Assembly (NCBI GenBank): GCA_963753925.1
Contig: CAVWEF010000007.1
Location: 46,436-110,435, forward strand
DNA length: 64,000 bases
From: an uncultured Alphaproteobacteria bacterium
Lineage (GTDB): Bacteria > Pseudomonadota > Alphaproteobacteria > Rhizobiales > Xanthobacteraceae
Direction: 5' to 3'
Below, in pieces: positions 1-10,516 of the stretch. Position numbers and translations under genes: made by a program. Each line of letters opens with the position of its first letter. The first letter of the stretch is position 1. The notes under the pieces are model-generated. The model was not told where the DNA came from and made no database searches. It worked only from the letters and a program-made list of their open reading frames with translations.

Positions 1-753
1 CGCCGGCGATCCCGCCGACTTGGCTGCTTCGGTCACGAGATCGGCGAGCAATCGCCCAATACAATCGTGCACCTGCTCTGCAATATCTAATTTTTTCGTC
101 GTCGAATACAAGTCAAAAGTGCCCAAATCGCTCCAAAGCTTCATAATGCTGAATCGGTCGAACAGCGGGACCTGTTGCTGCACTGCAACCCAACGCATGT
201 CGTCGTCATAAGTCGTCAAGGCAATCATCAATTCCGTGCGCGGACTGTACTGGGAGTTGACCAGGACAACATCGGCGCCTGCGGCATGAGCAAGCTTAAT
301 ACCGTGATCAAGGGCGGCGCTGAATTGATCCGGATCAACCGCCTGCATCGCATCGACGGTCCCCGTCTGCCAGATCATCAGTGCGGGCTTGGCAGCTTTG
401 AGCGCGGCCGGCAGCGTCTTCACCATGTCGGCGGCGGTGCGCTTGGCTTGGACGTCCGTCGTCACCTTGACGGCGATGCCGGGCAGCGCGCCGATGAGTG
501 CGTGCTGCAATCGCGCCGGGTAGGCGTTGGCGACCCCATTCGGCCCCGGCAGCGCTGAAGAACCGGCGCCGACCACCAGGATGTCGAAGTGCTTGGCGCC
601 AAGCGCGCGCTCAACATTCGGCAGCGGAATATCCGTAACCGCCAAAGGTCCGGCCGCGGCGCATTCATCCGCGTGCCCGGCCGCGGCCGGACAGATTTGT
701 GCAAGCGCCGCCAACAGCGCGAACGCCAGCGCGAATGTAAAACGCCCCCTCAT
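1..753 (-). CDS. SGNH/GDSL-hydrolase-family secreted protein (3' end runs off the window)
   Basis: Not in the ORF track. ATG at 753 overlaps the opgC stop (ATGA). Open frame MRGRFTFALAFALLAALAQ...ILVVGAGSS...LMIWQTGTVDAM...VHDCIGRLLA continues to position 1. Confidence 0.75.
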   Translation of the reverse strand, partial: MRGRFTFALAFALLAALAQICPAAAGHADECAAAGPLAVTDIPLPNVERALGAKHFDILVVGAGSSALPGPNGVANAYPARLQHALIGALPGIAVKVTTDVQAKRTAADMVKTLPAALKAAKPALMIWQTGTVDAMQAVDPDQFSAALDHGIKLAHAAGADVVLVNSQYSPRTELMIALTTYDDDMRWVAVQQQVPLFDRFSIMKLWSDLGTFDLYSTTKKLDIAEQVHDCIGRLLADLVTEAAKSAGSPA

Positions 754-1922
754 GCGTTGCCCCCCGCGAGTCCCGGCCTTGGTGCGGGTGGACGCGGCCC
801 CGGTCTCCTCCGTTCCACATCTCTATACCACGAAATCAACGCCGCGAAGCCGACCATGATGACGATGCCCGCCAGACTGACGATGATATGCATCGGCAGG
901 CGATTGGACACTTCGGTAAACACGAAGTGCCCGGCAAAGGCCAGGAACACGCCGAGACAAAAAATCTCCAGCGAGTGCTGCCCGCACACGATCATCGGCC
1001 ATGCCGCTTTCCATTTCAGCGGCGGCCAGTCGCGCGGCACAAACCACAGCACGACGATGGCCAACGAGAGGAAATGCAGAATGCGCAAGACGTCGAGATT
1101 GGTCTTGTCGATCGGGTAGATCGCATCGCCGACGAATTGCGGCACGACATTGCCGAGACGCGGGATGTACCAGGTCATGGCGATGAAGAACGCAAAACAC
1201 AGATAAGCGACCGCCAGCGCGAACACGATGCGCGAATTGATCCAGCGCGACAATCGCTGCGCCCCGCCGAGAGCGCACCAGGCGCCGAACACGAACAGCA
1301 ATTGCCAGGCGAAAGGATTGAACACCCAGACGCCGTGCGGATAAGCCGCTACATTCCAATCGAATTGCCACATCAGAGCGTAGAGCGTCGCTGAAGCCAG
1401 CAGCGCGATCGACGGCGCGCGCAATAGCAGCCACAGCATCGGGGAGAAGCACAGCAGCAGCACGATATAGAGCGGCAGCACGTCCATGTTCACCGGCTTG
1501 AACTTGAGCAGCAGCGCCTGGACGATGGTGACGTCGGGATTCTTGAGGAAATCGAGCACGCCCATTTCCTCGCTGTAGAGCGGATTGTCGAAGGTATGCG
1601 CGACGTAGGAAATCTCGGCGAGATATATAGCGAACAGGAACACGTGCGCGATGTAGAGTTGCCAGGTGCGCTTGAGCAGACGGGCGCTGCCGACAATGAA
1701 GCCGTGCTCGCGCATCGCGCGCCCGTAGACAAAGGCGGCGGTATAGCCGGAGATGAAGACGAAGATCTCGGTGGCGTCGGAAAAGCCGTAATTGCGGATG
1801 GTGATCCAGCTCACCGCGTTGGACGGGATGTGGTCGAGGAAAATCAGCCAGAGCGCAAGCCCGCGAAACATGTCAAGCCGCAGGTCGCGTTCGGTCGAGA
1901 CCGGGGCCAAAACCGAAGACAT
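750..1922 (-). CDS. opgC: OpgC-domain membrane acyltransferase (periplasmic glucan modification)
   Basis: RDLRLDMFRGLALWLIFLDH and GFSDATEIFVFISG motifs; multiple TM helices; start taken at MSSVLAP. Confidence 0.85.
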   Translation of the reverse strand: MSSVLAPVSTERDLRLDMFRGLALWLIFLDHIPSNAVSWITIRNYGFSDATEIFVFISGYTAAFVYGRAMREHGFIVGSARLLKRTWQLYIAHVFLFAIYLAEISYVAHTFDNPLYSEEMGVLDFLKNPDVTIVQALLLKFKPVNMDVLPLYIVLLLCFSPMLWLLLRAPSIALLASATLYALMWQFDWNVAAYPHGVWVFNPFAWQLLFVFGAWCALGGAQRLSRWINSRIVFALAVAYLCFAFFIAMTWYIPRLGNVVPQFVGDAIYPIDKTNLDVLRILHFLSLAIVVLWFVPRDWPPLKWKAAWPMIVCGQHSLEIFCLGVFLAFAGHFVFTEVSNRLPMHIIVSLAGIVIMVGFAALISWYRDVERRRPGPRPPAPRPGLAGGNA

Positions 1923-2015
1923 GAGCGGCTTTTCTTTCGTGTGGGCTTTCGGCCATAATCCTTTGCCAAGAAAGAATGGCAAGGTTCCGACCGCGTATAA
2001 TTGCAGGCCATATAG

Positions 2016-2408
2016 ATGTACCGCGCCGTAACCCGCAAGATCGAGGTCACCGTGACGCCGCGCTTCGTTTCCGAGCGGTCGTCGCCGGGTAACGGCTATT
2101 ATTTCTGGGCCTATACTATCAACATTTCCAATCTCGGCGGCGAGATCGTGCAGCTCAAGACGCGGCATTGGCGCATTACCGACGCCAACGGCAAGCTGCA
2201 GGAGGTGCGCGGGCCAGGCGTGGTCGGCGAGGAACCGACGCTCAAACCCGGCAATTCGTTCGAATATACCAGCGGGGTTCCGCTGCCGACGCCGTCGGGC
2301 TTCATGACCGGCAGCTACGGCATGGTGACGCCGGGAAACGAGCATTTCGATATCGAGATCCCGGCGTTCTCGCTCAATTCCTCCTACACCGAGCGCACGA
2401 TCAATTAA
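2016..2408 (+). CDS. apaG: Co2+/Mg2+ efflux-associated protein ApaG
   Basis: YFWAYTINI, RHWRITD, VRGPGVVGEEP, FEYTSGVPL motifs. Confidence 0.95.
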   Translation: MYRAVTRKIEVTVTPRFVSERSSPGNGYYFWAYTINISNLGGEIVQLKTRHWRITDANGKLQEVRGPGVVGEEPTLKPGNSFEYTSGVPLPTPSGFMTGSYGMVTPGNEHFDIEIPAFSLNSSYTERTIN

Positions 2409-2411
2409 ACG

Positions 2412-3119
2412 TCACTGCGGCAAACACCCTTTGAAACGATCCTGCGCCTGGCGCGGCAGCACCGCCAGCACCGCGCCGGATTGCGCGAAGTCCTGCAAGC
2501 TCTCGAGCTGCGGTTCGGGCAAGGCGACACAGCCATGCGTGCCGGTTGCGCCCTTCACCCAGCGGTGGATGAAGATGCAGGAGCCGGCGCGCGCATGCGC
2601 GTCGGTCGGGTAATCGACCAGCAGGCCGAGCTTGTATTCCGGAATGCGCCACATGTTCTCGCCATGCACCTTCCAGCCAACCTTCGCGCGCGTGGTGATG
2701 GTGTTGTAGGCGGGCGAGCGCGGGTCATCGACGCAGACCGTGCCTGGAACGATGTGCAAATAATCAGGTCGCGCTGACGCGGCGAAGCCGAAGCTGCGGC
2801 CAATCGTGAAGAAGCCGGCTGGCACGCGCCTGTCGCCGTCCACTTTAATCGACTCATGGTCGCGCGCGAAGGCGCGGAAGCTATGCGCCAAGGCGATGCC
2901 GCTATAACCGATGAGCGCCGTCTGCGGCCCATCCACCGCATGCCATGGCGCGTCCGCCGCCGCGCGTTCGAAGCGCCGCAAGCTTGCCGTGGCGCTGGTC
3001 ATCTTGTCGGCGGTGACCAACACGAGTTTCGTTGCCGACGCCAGTGGCTGCGGACAGCTTTGCGCCAGAACTGCTTGCGGCATTGCCAACGCGACGACCG
3101 TCAGAATTACCGCCCGCAT
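2412..3119 (-). CDS. L,D-transpeptidase (YkuD-like) family protein
   Basis: Signal peptide; KVDGDRRVPAG; GSCIFIH...THGCVAL catalytic His/Cys motif. Confidence 0.8.
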   Translation of the reverse strand: MRAVILTVVALAMPQAVLAQSCPQPLASATKLVLVTADKMTSATASLRRFERAAADAPWHAVDGPQTALIGYSGIALAHSFRAFARDHESIKVDGDRRVPAGFFTIGRSFGFAASARPDYLHIVPGTVCVDDPRSPAYNTITTRAKVGWKVHGENMWRIPEYKLGLLVDYPTDAHARAGSCIFIHRWVKGATGTHGCVALPEPQLESLQDFAQSGAVLAVLPRQAQDRFKGCLPQ

Positions 3120-3131
3120 AAAGTAGCCGCC

Positions 3132-4151
3132 TTAATTGGATTTGGCCGCGACCTCGCCCGGCGCGAATTCATAATTCGCGCTGCAGAATTCGCAGGTCAC
3201 GGAAATCTTGCCGTTCTCCACCATATGATCGCGGTCGTCCTGCGAGAAGCTTTTGAGCATAGCCTCGACGCTGTCGCGCGAGCACGAGCACTCGCCGCGC
3301 AGCTCGGTGGCGCGAAACACGCGCACGCCGCGCTCGTGGAAAAGGCGATAGACCAGCCGCTCGCTTGAAAGCGCCGGATCGACCAGCTCGACATCTTCGA
3401 CGGTGTCGATGAGCGCGCGGCCTTCGCCCCAGGCCTCGTCCTCGGGGACCGTATGCATCACCGTGCCTTCCGGGGCGTCGCCCGGATGCAGATCGGCGAC
3501 GCGCGCGCGCTCCGGCGACTTCGGCAAAAATTGCAGCAAGATGCCGCCGGCGCGCCAGCGATGCTTGGCGCCGCCGTTCCCGGCGCGCAATTCCTCGGCG
3601 ACCGCGAGCCGCACCCGCGTCGGGATCTGCTCCGAGCGCAGGAAATATTCGTGCGCGGCGTCCTCCAGCGAGCCGCCGTCGAGCGCCACCAGGCCCTGGT
3701 AGCGGTTCATGTCGGGCCCCTGGTCGATGGTCATGGCGAGATGGCCCTTGCCGAGCAGCGCGCCGCCGTCAGTCTTGCCCGCAGCGATCGCCGCGGCCAC
3801 CTGATCCTTGTCGAAGCGGGCGCAGGCGCGCACCTTGCCGGGCGCGGTAAAGTCCACCACCAGCATGCGCACGAGGCCGTCGCTTTGCGTCTGCAAAATG
3901 AAGCGGCCGTCGATCTTCAAGGATGTCCCGAGCATGACGGTGAGCACCACCGCTTCGCCCAGGAGCTTGGCCACCGGATCGGGATAGGCGTGGCGCTCGA
4001 GGATCTGGTCGATGAGCGGGCCGAGCCGCACCACCCGGCCGCGCAGGTCGAGCGCGGCCACTTCGAACGGCATGACGGTGTCGTCGGCCGTGGTGGCCGC
4101 CGGCGCGCGCGTGGGGATTTCGATGCGGGGATTTGCGGCTGGTTCGGTCAT
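3132..4151 (-). CDS. hslO: Hsp33 redox-regulated chaperone
   Basis: YQGLVAL, YFLRSEQIPT, CSCS and CEFC zinc motifs. Confidence 0.95.
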   Translation of the reverse strand: MTEPAANPRIEIPTRAPAATTADDTVMPFEVAALDLRGRVVRLGPLIDQILERHAYPDPVAKLLGEAVVLTVMLGTSLKIDGRFILQTQSDGLVRMLVVDFTAPGKVRACARFDKDQVAAAIAAGKTDGGALLGKGHLAMTIDQGPDMNRYQGLVALDGGSLEDAAHEYFLRSEQIPTRVRLAVAEELRAGNGGAKHRWRAGGILLQFLPKSPERARVADLHPGDAPEGTVMHTVPEDEAWGEGRALIDTVEDVELVDPALSSERLVYRLFHERGVRVFRATELRGECSCSRDSVEAMLKSFSQDDRDHMVENGKISVTCEFCSANYEFAPGEVAAKSN

Positions 4152-4199
4152 GGGCGTTATGTAGCGTTCAACTTAGTGATTTCGGGGCCCCGCAACGCT

Positions 4200-4303
4200 G
4201 TCATTCCGGGGCGCGCCGAAGGTGCAAACCCGGAATCCAGAAACAAATTCACTCATCGCATCTGGATTCCGGGTCCGGCGCTCACGCGCCGTCCCGGAAT
4301 GAC
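4200..4303. repeat. REP/RIME-like palindromic element
   Basis: Ends GTCATTCCGGG...CCCGGAATGAC and an internal CCGGAATCCAGA/TCTGGATTCCGG inverted pair; typical rhizobial intergenic palindrome. Confidence 0.8.
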
Positions 4304-4305
4304 GC

Positions 4306-5232
4306 TTAAGCGTCGGCGTGCAGGCACCAGGCGAGCAGGCCCTTTTGCGCGTGCAGGCGGTTCTCCGCCTCGTCGAACACCACCGACTGCGGGCCGTCGA
4401 TCACCTCGTCGGTAACCTCCTGGCCGCGATGCGCCGGCAGGCAGTGCATGAACAGCGCGTCGGGCTTGGCCTTGGCCATCAGCCGGGAATTCACCTGGTA
4501 GCGCTTGAGCACGTTGTGACGCAGCTTGCCGTCGCGGTCGCCCATCGACACCCAGGTGTCGGTGACGACGCAATCGGCGTCCTTGACGGCGGCTTCCGGG
4601 TCCTCGCCGACCTTGACGGCGGCGCCCGAGGATTTCACCCAATCCATCAGCCATTTCTTCGGCCGCAATTCGGGCGGCGTCGCCACGCGCAGGTTGAAAT
4701 CGAAGCGCTCGGCGGCGTGCATCCACGACGCCAGCACGTTGTTGGAATCTCCGGTCCAGGCCACGGTGCGGCCGCGGATCGAGCCGCGCTTTTCCTCGAA
4801 CGTCATCACGTCGGCCAGCACCTGGCAGGGGTGCGAACGCCGCGTGAGCCCGTTGATCACCGGCACCGTCGCGTAGCGGGCAAGTTCCGCCATCGCCTCG
4901 TGATCGAGGATGCGGATGACGATGGCATCGACATAGCGCGACAAGACGCGCGCGGTATCGGCCAGCGTCTCGCCGCGGCCGAGCTGCATTTCCTGCGAGG
5001 TCAGCAGGATCGCCTCGCCGCCGAGCTGGCGCATGGCGACGTCGAAGGAGACGCGCGTGCGCGTCGACGGCTTCTCGAAGATCATCGCCAGCGTCTTGCC
5101 TTCGAGCGGGGAAATGCGCACGCCTCGCTTGCGCTCGGCCTTCATGGCGCGGCTGTCGTCGATGATGCCCGCCAGCACCGGCTTGGGAACATCGATGAGA
5201 TCGAGGAAATGCCGCACACCGTTTCCGGTCAT
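4306..5232 (-). CDS. argF: ornithine carbamoyltransferase
   Basis: [31 protein letters not shown] motifs. Confidence 0.97.
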   Translation of the reverse strand: MTGNGVRHFLDLIDVPKPVLAGIIDDSRAMKAERKRGVRISPLEGKTLAMIFEKPSTRTRVSFDVAMRQLGGEAILLTSQEMQLGRGETLADTARVLSRYVDAIVIRILDHEAMAELARYATVPVINGLTRRSHPCQVLADVMTFEEKRGSIRGRTVAWTGDSNNVLASWMHAAERFDFNLRVATPPELRPKKWLMDWVKSSGAAVKVGEDPEAAVKDADCVVTDTWVSMGDRDGKLRHNVLKRYQVNSRLMAKAKPDALFMHCLPAHRGQEVTDEVIDGPQSVVFDEAENRLHAQKGLLAWCLHADA

Positions 5233-6446
5233 GGCGCCACCGCATTTGCGGGCCGCGGATGCGCCTTCTCAAGCCGCGTGCAGGCGCGGTCTATGCGCGC
5301 GACCGCCTCGGCAATCTCGGCCTCGCTGACGATCAGCGGCGGCAGCAGCCGCACCACATTGTCGCCGGCGCCGACCGTGATCATTTTCTCGGCGCGCAGT
5401 TCATCCACCATCTCGGAGGACGGCGGCACCATGCGCAGGCCGACCAGCAGCCCTTCGCCGCGCACCTCGGCGATCACCGAGGAGTGGCGGTCCTTGATCT
5501 CGGCCAGTTTCTGCTTGAGCAACAGGGCGTTTTGCTTGACCTTGTCGAGGAAGCCGTCGGCCAGCATCACGTCGAGCACCGCGTTCCCGCAGGCCATCGC
5601 CAAAGGATTACCGCCGAAGGTCGAGCCGTGCGTGCCGGCGGTCATGCCCTTGGACGCTTCCGTTGTGGCAAGGCAGGCACCGACCGGAAAGCCGCCGCCG
5701 AGCGCCTTGGCGATCGTCATGATGTCGGGCGTGACACCGATGTGCTGATAGGCGAACAAATCGCCGGTGCGGCCCATGCCGCTTTGGATCTCGTCGAACA
5801 CCAGCAGCAGGCCGTTGTCGTCGCACAGCTTGCGCAAGGCGCGCAGGAACGTGTGCGGCACCATGCGCACGCCGCCCTCGCCGAAGACCGGCTCGATGAG
5901 GATGCCGGCGGTCCGAGGCCCGATCGCCTTCTTCACAGCCTCGAGATCGGCGTAAGGCACCTGGTCGAAACCGTCGACCGGCGGCCCGAAGCCGTCGAGA
6001 TATTTTTTGTTTCCGGTGGCGGCAAGCGCCGCCAGCGTGCGCCCATGGAACGCGCCTTCGAAGGTGATGATGCGATAGCTCTCCGGCTTGCCCTGGCTGG
6101 ACTGATAATGGCGCGTCATCTTGATCGCGCACTCGATCGCCTCGGTGCCGGAATTCTGGAAGAACACGGTGTCGGCAAAGGTCGCCGCGCACAGTCGGTC
6201 GGCGAGCCTTTCGCCTTCCGGGATGCGATAGAGGTTGGAGACGTGCCAGAGTTTCTTCGCCTGCTCCTCGATCGCCTTCACCATATGCGGATGCGCATGG
6301 CCAAGCGCATTGACGGCGATGCCCGAGGTGAAATCGAGATACTTGTCGCCCTCGGTGGTGAACAGCCAGGCGCCCTCGCCCCGCTCAAAAGCGAGGTCGA
6401 CACGCGCATAGGTCGGCAAAATATGCGAGGCCACGGGGCTGCTCAT
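5229..6446 (-). CDS. argD: acetylornithine aminotransferase
   Basis: Class-III PLP motifs [30 protein letters not shown]; overlaps argF. Confidence 0.95.
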   Translation of the reverse strand: MSSPVASHILPTYARVDLAFERGEGAWLFTTEGDKYLDFTSGIAVNALGHAHPHMVKAIEEQAKKLWHVSNLYRIPEGERLADRLCAATFADTVFFQNSGTEAIECAIKMTRHYQSSQGKPESYRIITFEGAFHGRTLAALAATGNKKYLDGFGPPVDGFDQVPYADLEAVKKAIGPRTAGILIEPVFGEGGVRMVPHTFLRALRKLCDDNGLLLVFDEIQSGMGRTGDLFAYQHIGVTPDIMTIAKALGGGFPVGACLATTEASKGMTAGTHGSTFGGNPLAMACGNAVLDVMLADGFLDKVKQNALLLKQKLAEIKDRHSSVIAEVRGEGLLVGLRMVPPSSEMVDELRAEKMITVGAGDNVVRLLPPLIVSEAEIAEAVARIDRACTRLEKAHPRPANAVAP

Positions 6447-6558
6447 CCAATGGAACGTACTGCTTGCGCATGACTATTTTCAAACACGGCCACAGTCTTT
6501 TCGGGATCATGCACGAGCCGAAAAGAAATGTGCCGCCTCGCCGGGCGGCACTTTTTTC

Positions 6559-6586
6559 ATTCTATTGCCGGAGCTTGGCCTGTCAA
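6559..6586 (-). promoter_or_regulatory. sigma70-like promoter for argD-argF
   Basis: Minus strand TTGACA-N16-TAGAAT. Confidence 0.6.
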
Positions 6587-6853
6587 CACGCGACACGTCA
6601 TGTTGCGCTGCGGACTCAAAATCGCCGCAAGTGCGGATTCTAAAGGAAAACTGTTGGTAGCTGGGACGAAAGCCTTGCAAAGGCTTGCGCGTGACTCACT
6701 CGATATTGTAGCGTTTTGGCTCGCTAGTACGACATATCGTGCTGCTGCGTTTTCTAGTGCATCGCTGTCGCGTAGGCGCTGGGCCCCAAAAACCGGGTCC
6801 GGCAATGGGGTCGGATTCCATCTAGGGCATTGATCGTGATAGAGAAAAGCCTG

Positions 6854-7339
6854 ATGAGCTGGACGGACGAGCGGGTCGAGCTCTTGAAAAAACTTTGGGC
6901 TGACGGCTTGTCAGCGAGCCAAATCGCCGCGGAGCTCGGCGGCATCACCCGCAACGCGGTCATCGGCAAGGTGCACCGCCTAGGCCTGTCCGGGCGGGCC
7001 AAAAGCCCCTCATCCGGCGTGCCGCGGGCGCGCAAGCCGCGATCGTCCGGCATGATGCGGGTTTCGCGTTCGTCCATGCGCGGGAATACCGCGCTCGCCT
7101 ACGACTACGAAGCCGAGCTGGAGCCGGAGCTGATCGATATTCCGGTCGAGCAGCGCAAAACTTTGCTGGAGCTGACCGAGAAAACCTGCAAATGGCCGAT
7201 CGGCGACCCCGGCGGCGGCGAGTTCTACTTCTGCGGCGGCGAGGCGGCGAGCGACCTGCCCTATTGCACCCACCACTCCCGCATTGCCTATCAGCCGGCC
7301 AGCGACCGGCGGCGCGACAAGCGGCCATTCCGCGGCTGA
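6854..7339 (+). CDS. gcrA: cell-cycle regulator GcrA
   Basis: MSWTDERVELLKKLWADGLSASQIA...TRNAVIGKVHRLGL; CKWPIGDP...FCG...YC.HH; divergent from argD. Confidence 0.97.
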   Translation: MSWTDERVELLKKLWADGLSASQIAAELGGITRNAVIGKVHRLGLSGRAKSPSSGVPRARKPRSSGMMRVSRSSMRGNTALAYDYEAELEPELIDIPVEQRKTLLELTEKTCKWPIGDPGGGEFYFCGGEAASDLPYCTHHSRIAYQPASDRRRDKRPFRG

Positions 7340-7342
7340 ACG

Positions 7343-7367
7343 CTTCACCCTGCCCCGCAGGGTGAAG
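7343..7367 (+). terminator. hairpin after gcrA
   Basis: CTTCACCCTGC-ccc-GCAGGGTGAAG, 11-bp stem with no clear U-tract. Confidence 0.45.
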
Positions 7368-7619
7368 AGCGCAAGCATCATCGCTCCTGTTCTTTGATCG
7401 GCCCGGAGCAGGCCGCAGTTCCATTCGATCCACCCGCCCTGCAAAAACCAAGGGCGCGCGGGACGCCAAGGCTCCCGGAGGACCCACGGGCCTCGACGCC
7501 TCGCGACATCGAGGCTTATCGAAGTCCGGTTCCCGCCGCCGCTCGCTTCGCGAGCTATGGCGGGCAAGCCGCAAGTCCGCCAAATCCCAAGGCATCCCGC
7601 GCGCGGTGTTTGAGGTTTG

Positions 7620-8160
7620 CTCCGCATGGTCCCCGGTGATCGGCCGTTCATTCCGGCGACGAAACCTATTACGGCGATCCATCGGAAGCGGGCGAAGCGC
7701 TATCGCAAGCGCCACCGCCACAAGTAGCGGCATCGTCGCACTGGTGGAACCAAGGGCCGCGTCCGCGCCTTGCACGTCAAGGCCGCGACCACTGCGGCAA
7801 GTTCGCGATATCCTCGTACGCAACGTGCGACGCAATCAGAACTACACAGGGACGAAAGCCGTCTCTACGGCGAAGACGGCAAGGAAGTTGCTGCGCACAA
7901 GACTGTTGAGCATGGTTGTGGACCAGAGCGGGATTAATGTCGGCAAAGACGGACAGACAACGAACGCAGACGAAAACTTTTTAGGCAATTTCAAGCGCAG
8001 CGTGAAAGGCACATATCGCTTTTGTAGCGAACAACACCTAGCAGCGCTATCTTGCCGAATTTGAGTTCCGGCACACCGCTCGTTCCGGCCTCCGCATCTG
8101 AAGATGGTGTACAGACGACGAAGGCTCTTTCGGGTATCGAGGGCAAGCGCCTGCCCCTTG
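7620..8160 (+). pseudogene. degraded IS1595-family transposase
   Basis: Frameshifted fragments DETYYG (7658), IVALVEP, VRDILVRNV, TNADENFLGNFKRSVKGTYRFCSEQHL, QRYLAEFEFR, KALSGIEGKRL. Boundaries approximate. Confidence 0.8.
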
Positions 8161-8221
8161 GCATTTGGGGTGGGATGCAATAGGAAAACATACCTTAGGA
8201 ATAAAGTCAAGACCGCCGCGC

Positions 8222-8983
8222 TCACGCCGGCGGGGCGACCTGCGCCGACTGCCCGCTGCGCTTGAGCGCCGCGGCGACAAAGCCCGATGCCTTCATCTCC
8301 TCGACGAATGCCTTGAGGTAGCCGACGCCGGCCAGACGGCCCTTGGGCGTGCCCATGGCCTGGCGGATGTCCATGAAGCGGTCGTCCATGACGCGCATGC
8401 CGGGATGCGTCGCCGCATAAGCCGCGAGCATCTGCCGCACGCCGGCGACGGCATCGAGCTTGTCCTTGACGAAGATATCGAAGGCATCGGGGCCTTTGAC
8501 GCCGTCGCCGCGCACCAGCGTCGCATTCTTCAGGTTGCGCGTGAGATAAAGATCGTAGGCCGAGCCGATGTTCACGGCGACGCGCTTGCCCGGGCGATCG
8601 ACGTCGGCCACGGCTTTCAGCGGCGAACCCGCCGTCACCATGTAGGTGCCTTCGATGATCACGTAGGGCGCGGTGAATTCGATTTCGGCGGCGCGCACCG
8701 GCTCGATGGCGATGAAGGCAATGTCCCATTTCCCCGTCTTGCCGGCGGCGAAGACCGCGCCGGCGCTCTCGAAGGTGACGAACTCGACCGGGACGCCGAG
8801 GCGGCGGCCAAGCTCGCTCGCGAGCTCTGGCGTGATGCCCTTGGGCGCGCCGCTTGCCGGATCCTTCTGCGCCAGCACGCCGTTGCCGAAGTTGATGGCC
8901 GCGCGCAGCTTGCCGGTCGGCGCGAGGTCCTTGAGTACCTCCGGTGCGGCAGCGGCGCCAGCGGCCATGCGCTTGTTCTCCAT
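8222..8983 (-). CDS. ABC transporter substrate-binding protein (family 3)
   Basis: DLAPTGKLRAAINFGN, WDIAFIAIEPVRA, GSAYDLYL motifs. Confidence 0.85.
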   Translation of the reverse strand: MENKRMAAGAAAAPEVLKDLAPTGKLRAAINFGNGVLAQKDPASGAPKGITPELASELGRRLGVPVEFVTFESAGAVFAAGKTGKWDIAFIAIEPVRAAEIEFTAPYVIIEGTYMVTAGSPLKAVADVDRPGKRVAVNIGSAYDLYLTRNLKNATLVRGDGVKGPDAFDIFVKDKLDAVAGVRQMLAAYAATHPGMRVMDDRFMDIRQAMGTPKGRLAGVGYLKAFVEEMKASGFVAAALKRSGQSAQVAPPA

Positions 8984-9055
8984 CACGCGCCGGGCGGCGC
9001 GAAGGGAGTTAAGCCGTTCGCCGTTTTGCAGACAAGGCGGGGGTGCCGGAAAAGC

Positions 9056-9757
9056 TCAGCCGGCGTGGCCGAAGCGGTCGTCCAGCGCATAGCCGGCGCC
9101 GCGCACGGTGCGGATCGGGTCGCTCATCTGCCCGCGGTTGATGGCCTTGCGCAGGCGGCCGACGTGAACGTCGACGGTGCGCTCATCGATATAGATTTCG
9201 CTGCCCCAGACGCCGTCGAGCAATTGCTCGCGCGAGAACACGCGGCCCGGGCGCTCCATGAGGAATTCGAGCAGGCGGTATTCGGTCGGGCCGAGATCGA
9301 CCGCTTTGCCGTTGCGCGAGACCCGCTTTTTTTCCCGGTCAAGCTCGATGTCGCCGATATTGAGCACGGAGGCGACCCGCTCCGGGTTGGCACGGCGCAA
9401 GAGCGCGCGCACGCGAGCGAGCAGTTCCGGCACCGAGAACGGCTTGACGATGTAGTCGTCGGCGCCGGTCGCAAGTCCGCGCACCTTCTCGCTCTCCTCG
9501 CCGCGCGCGGTGAGCATGATGATCGGCAGTTGCCGCGTTTCCGGCCGCGCGCGCAGGCGCCGGCAGAGCTCGATGCCGGAGAGGCCCGGCAGCATCCAGT
9601 CGAGCACGACGAGGTCGGGGATGCCTTCCTTCAGTTTGGTGTCCGCCTCGTCGCCGCGCGCGGCGCTCTCGACCTCGTAGCCTTCCGCCTCGAGGTTGTA
9701 GCGGAGCAGCAAGGTCAGCGGCTCCTCGTCCTCCACGATCAGAATGCGCGCGCTCAT
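9056..9757 (-). CDS. phoB: phosphate regulon response regulator PhoB
   Basis: MSARILIVEDE, LDWMLPG, winged-helix RTVDVHVGRLRK; follows phoU. Confidence 0.95.
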   Translation of the reverse strand: MSARILIVEDEEPLTLLLRYNLEAEGYEVESAARGDEADTKLKEGIPDLVVLDWMLPGLSGIELCRRLRARPETRQLPIIMLTARGEESEKVRGLATGADDYIVKPFSVPELLARVRALLRRANPERVASVLNIGDIELDREKKRVSRNGKAVDLGPTEYRLLEFLMERPGRVFSREQLLDGVWGSEIYIDERTVDVHVGRLRKAINRGQMSDPIRTVRGAGYALDDRFGHAG

Positions 9758-9767
9758 CTCGATCGGT

Positions 9768-10490
9768 CTACCTGTTGGCCGCCGCCTTCTGCGTGGCGAG
9801 CGTCGTGGTGTCACCCTTCGGCCGGGATTCGGCAATCGGGCGGCCGTCAATCACGTAGTGCACGGTTTCCGCAATGTTGGTGGCATGGTCGCCCATGCGC
9901 TCGACGTTCTTGGCGCAGAACATGAGATGAATGCAGAAGGTGATGTTGCGCGGGTCTTCCAGCATGTAAGTGAGCAGCTCGCGGAAAACGGAGGTGCACA
10001 CCGCGTCGATTTCCTCGTCGCCGCGCCATACCGCCATGGCCTTGGCAAGGTCGCGCCGCGCATACGCATCGAGCACCGCCTTCAACTGGCCGAGCACCAG
10101 GTCGGTCATGTGTTCGACGCCGCGGATCAGCTTGGGCGGCGGGAACTCGCCGTTGAGGGCAATGACGCGCTTGGCGATGTTCTTGGCAAGATCGCCGATG
10201 CGTTCGAGATCGCTGGCGAGCCGCAACGCGCCGACGATCTCGCGCAGGTCAACCGCCATTGGCTGGCGGCGGGCAATGGTGTTGACCGCCTTTTCCTCGA
10301 TCTCGCGCTGAAGATTATCGATATTCGCGTCCGCCGCGGTGATGCGCTGCGCCAGCGCGGTGTCGCGTTTGGCGAGCGCATCGACGGAATCGGCGACCAG
10401 TTTTTCGGCGAGGCCGCCCATTTCGGCGACCATGCGCGACAGGTCCTGCAGGTCGCTGTCGAAGGCCTTGGTGGTGTGATAATCGGTCAT
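9768..10490 (-). CDS. phoU: phosphate signalling protein PhoU
   Basis: RRQPMAVDLR, DLERIGDLA, ERMGDHATNIAE. Confidence 0.97.
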   Translation of the reverse strand: MTDYHTTKAFDSDLQDLSRMVAEMGGLAEKLVADSVDALAKRDTALAQRITAADANIDNLQREIEEKAVNTIARRQPMAVDLREIVGALRLASDLERIGDLAKNIAKRVIALNGEFPPPKLIRGVEHMTDLVLGQLKAVLDAYARRDLAKAMAVWRGDEEIDAVCTSVFRELLTYMLEDPRNITFCIHLMFCAKNVERMGDHATNIAETVHYVIDGRPIAESRPKGDTTTLATQKAAANR

Positions 10491-10516
10491 TTCTACTGTC
10501 CTTCGAACCTGGCGCG

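Noticed and set aside
1923-2345. N-terminal extension of the opgC ORF
   Set aside because: Overlaps apaG on the opposite strand; the family motif begins after 1922.
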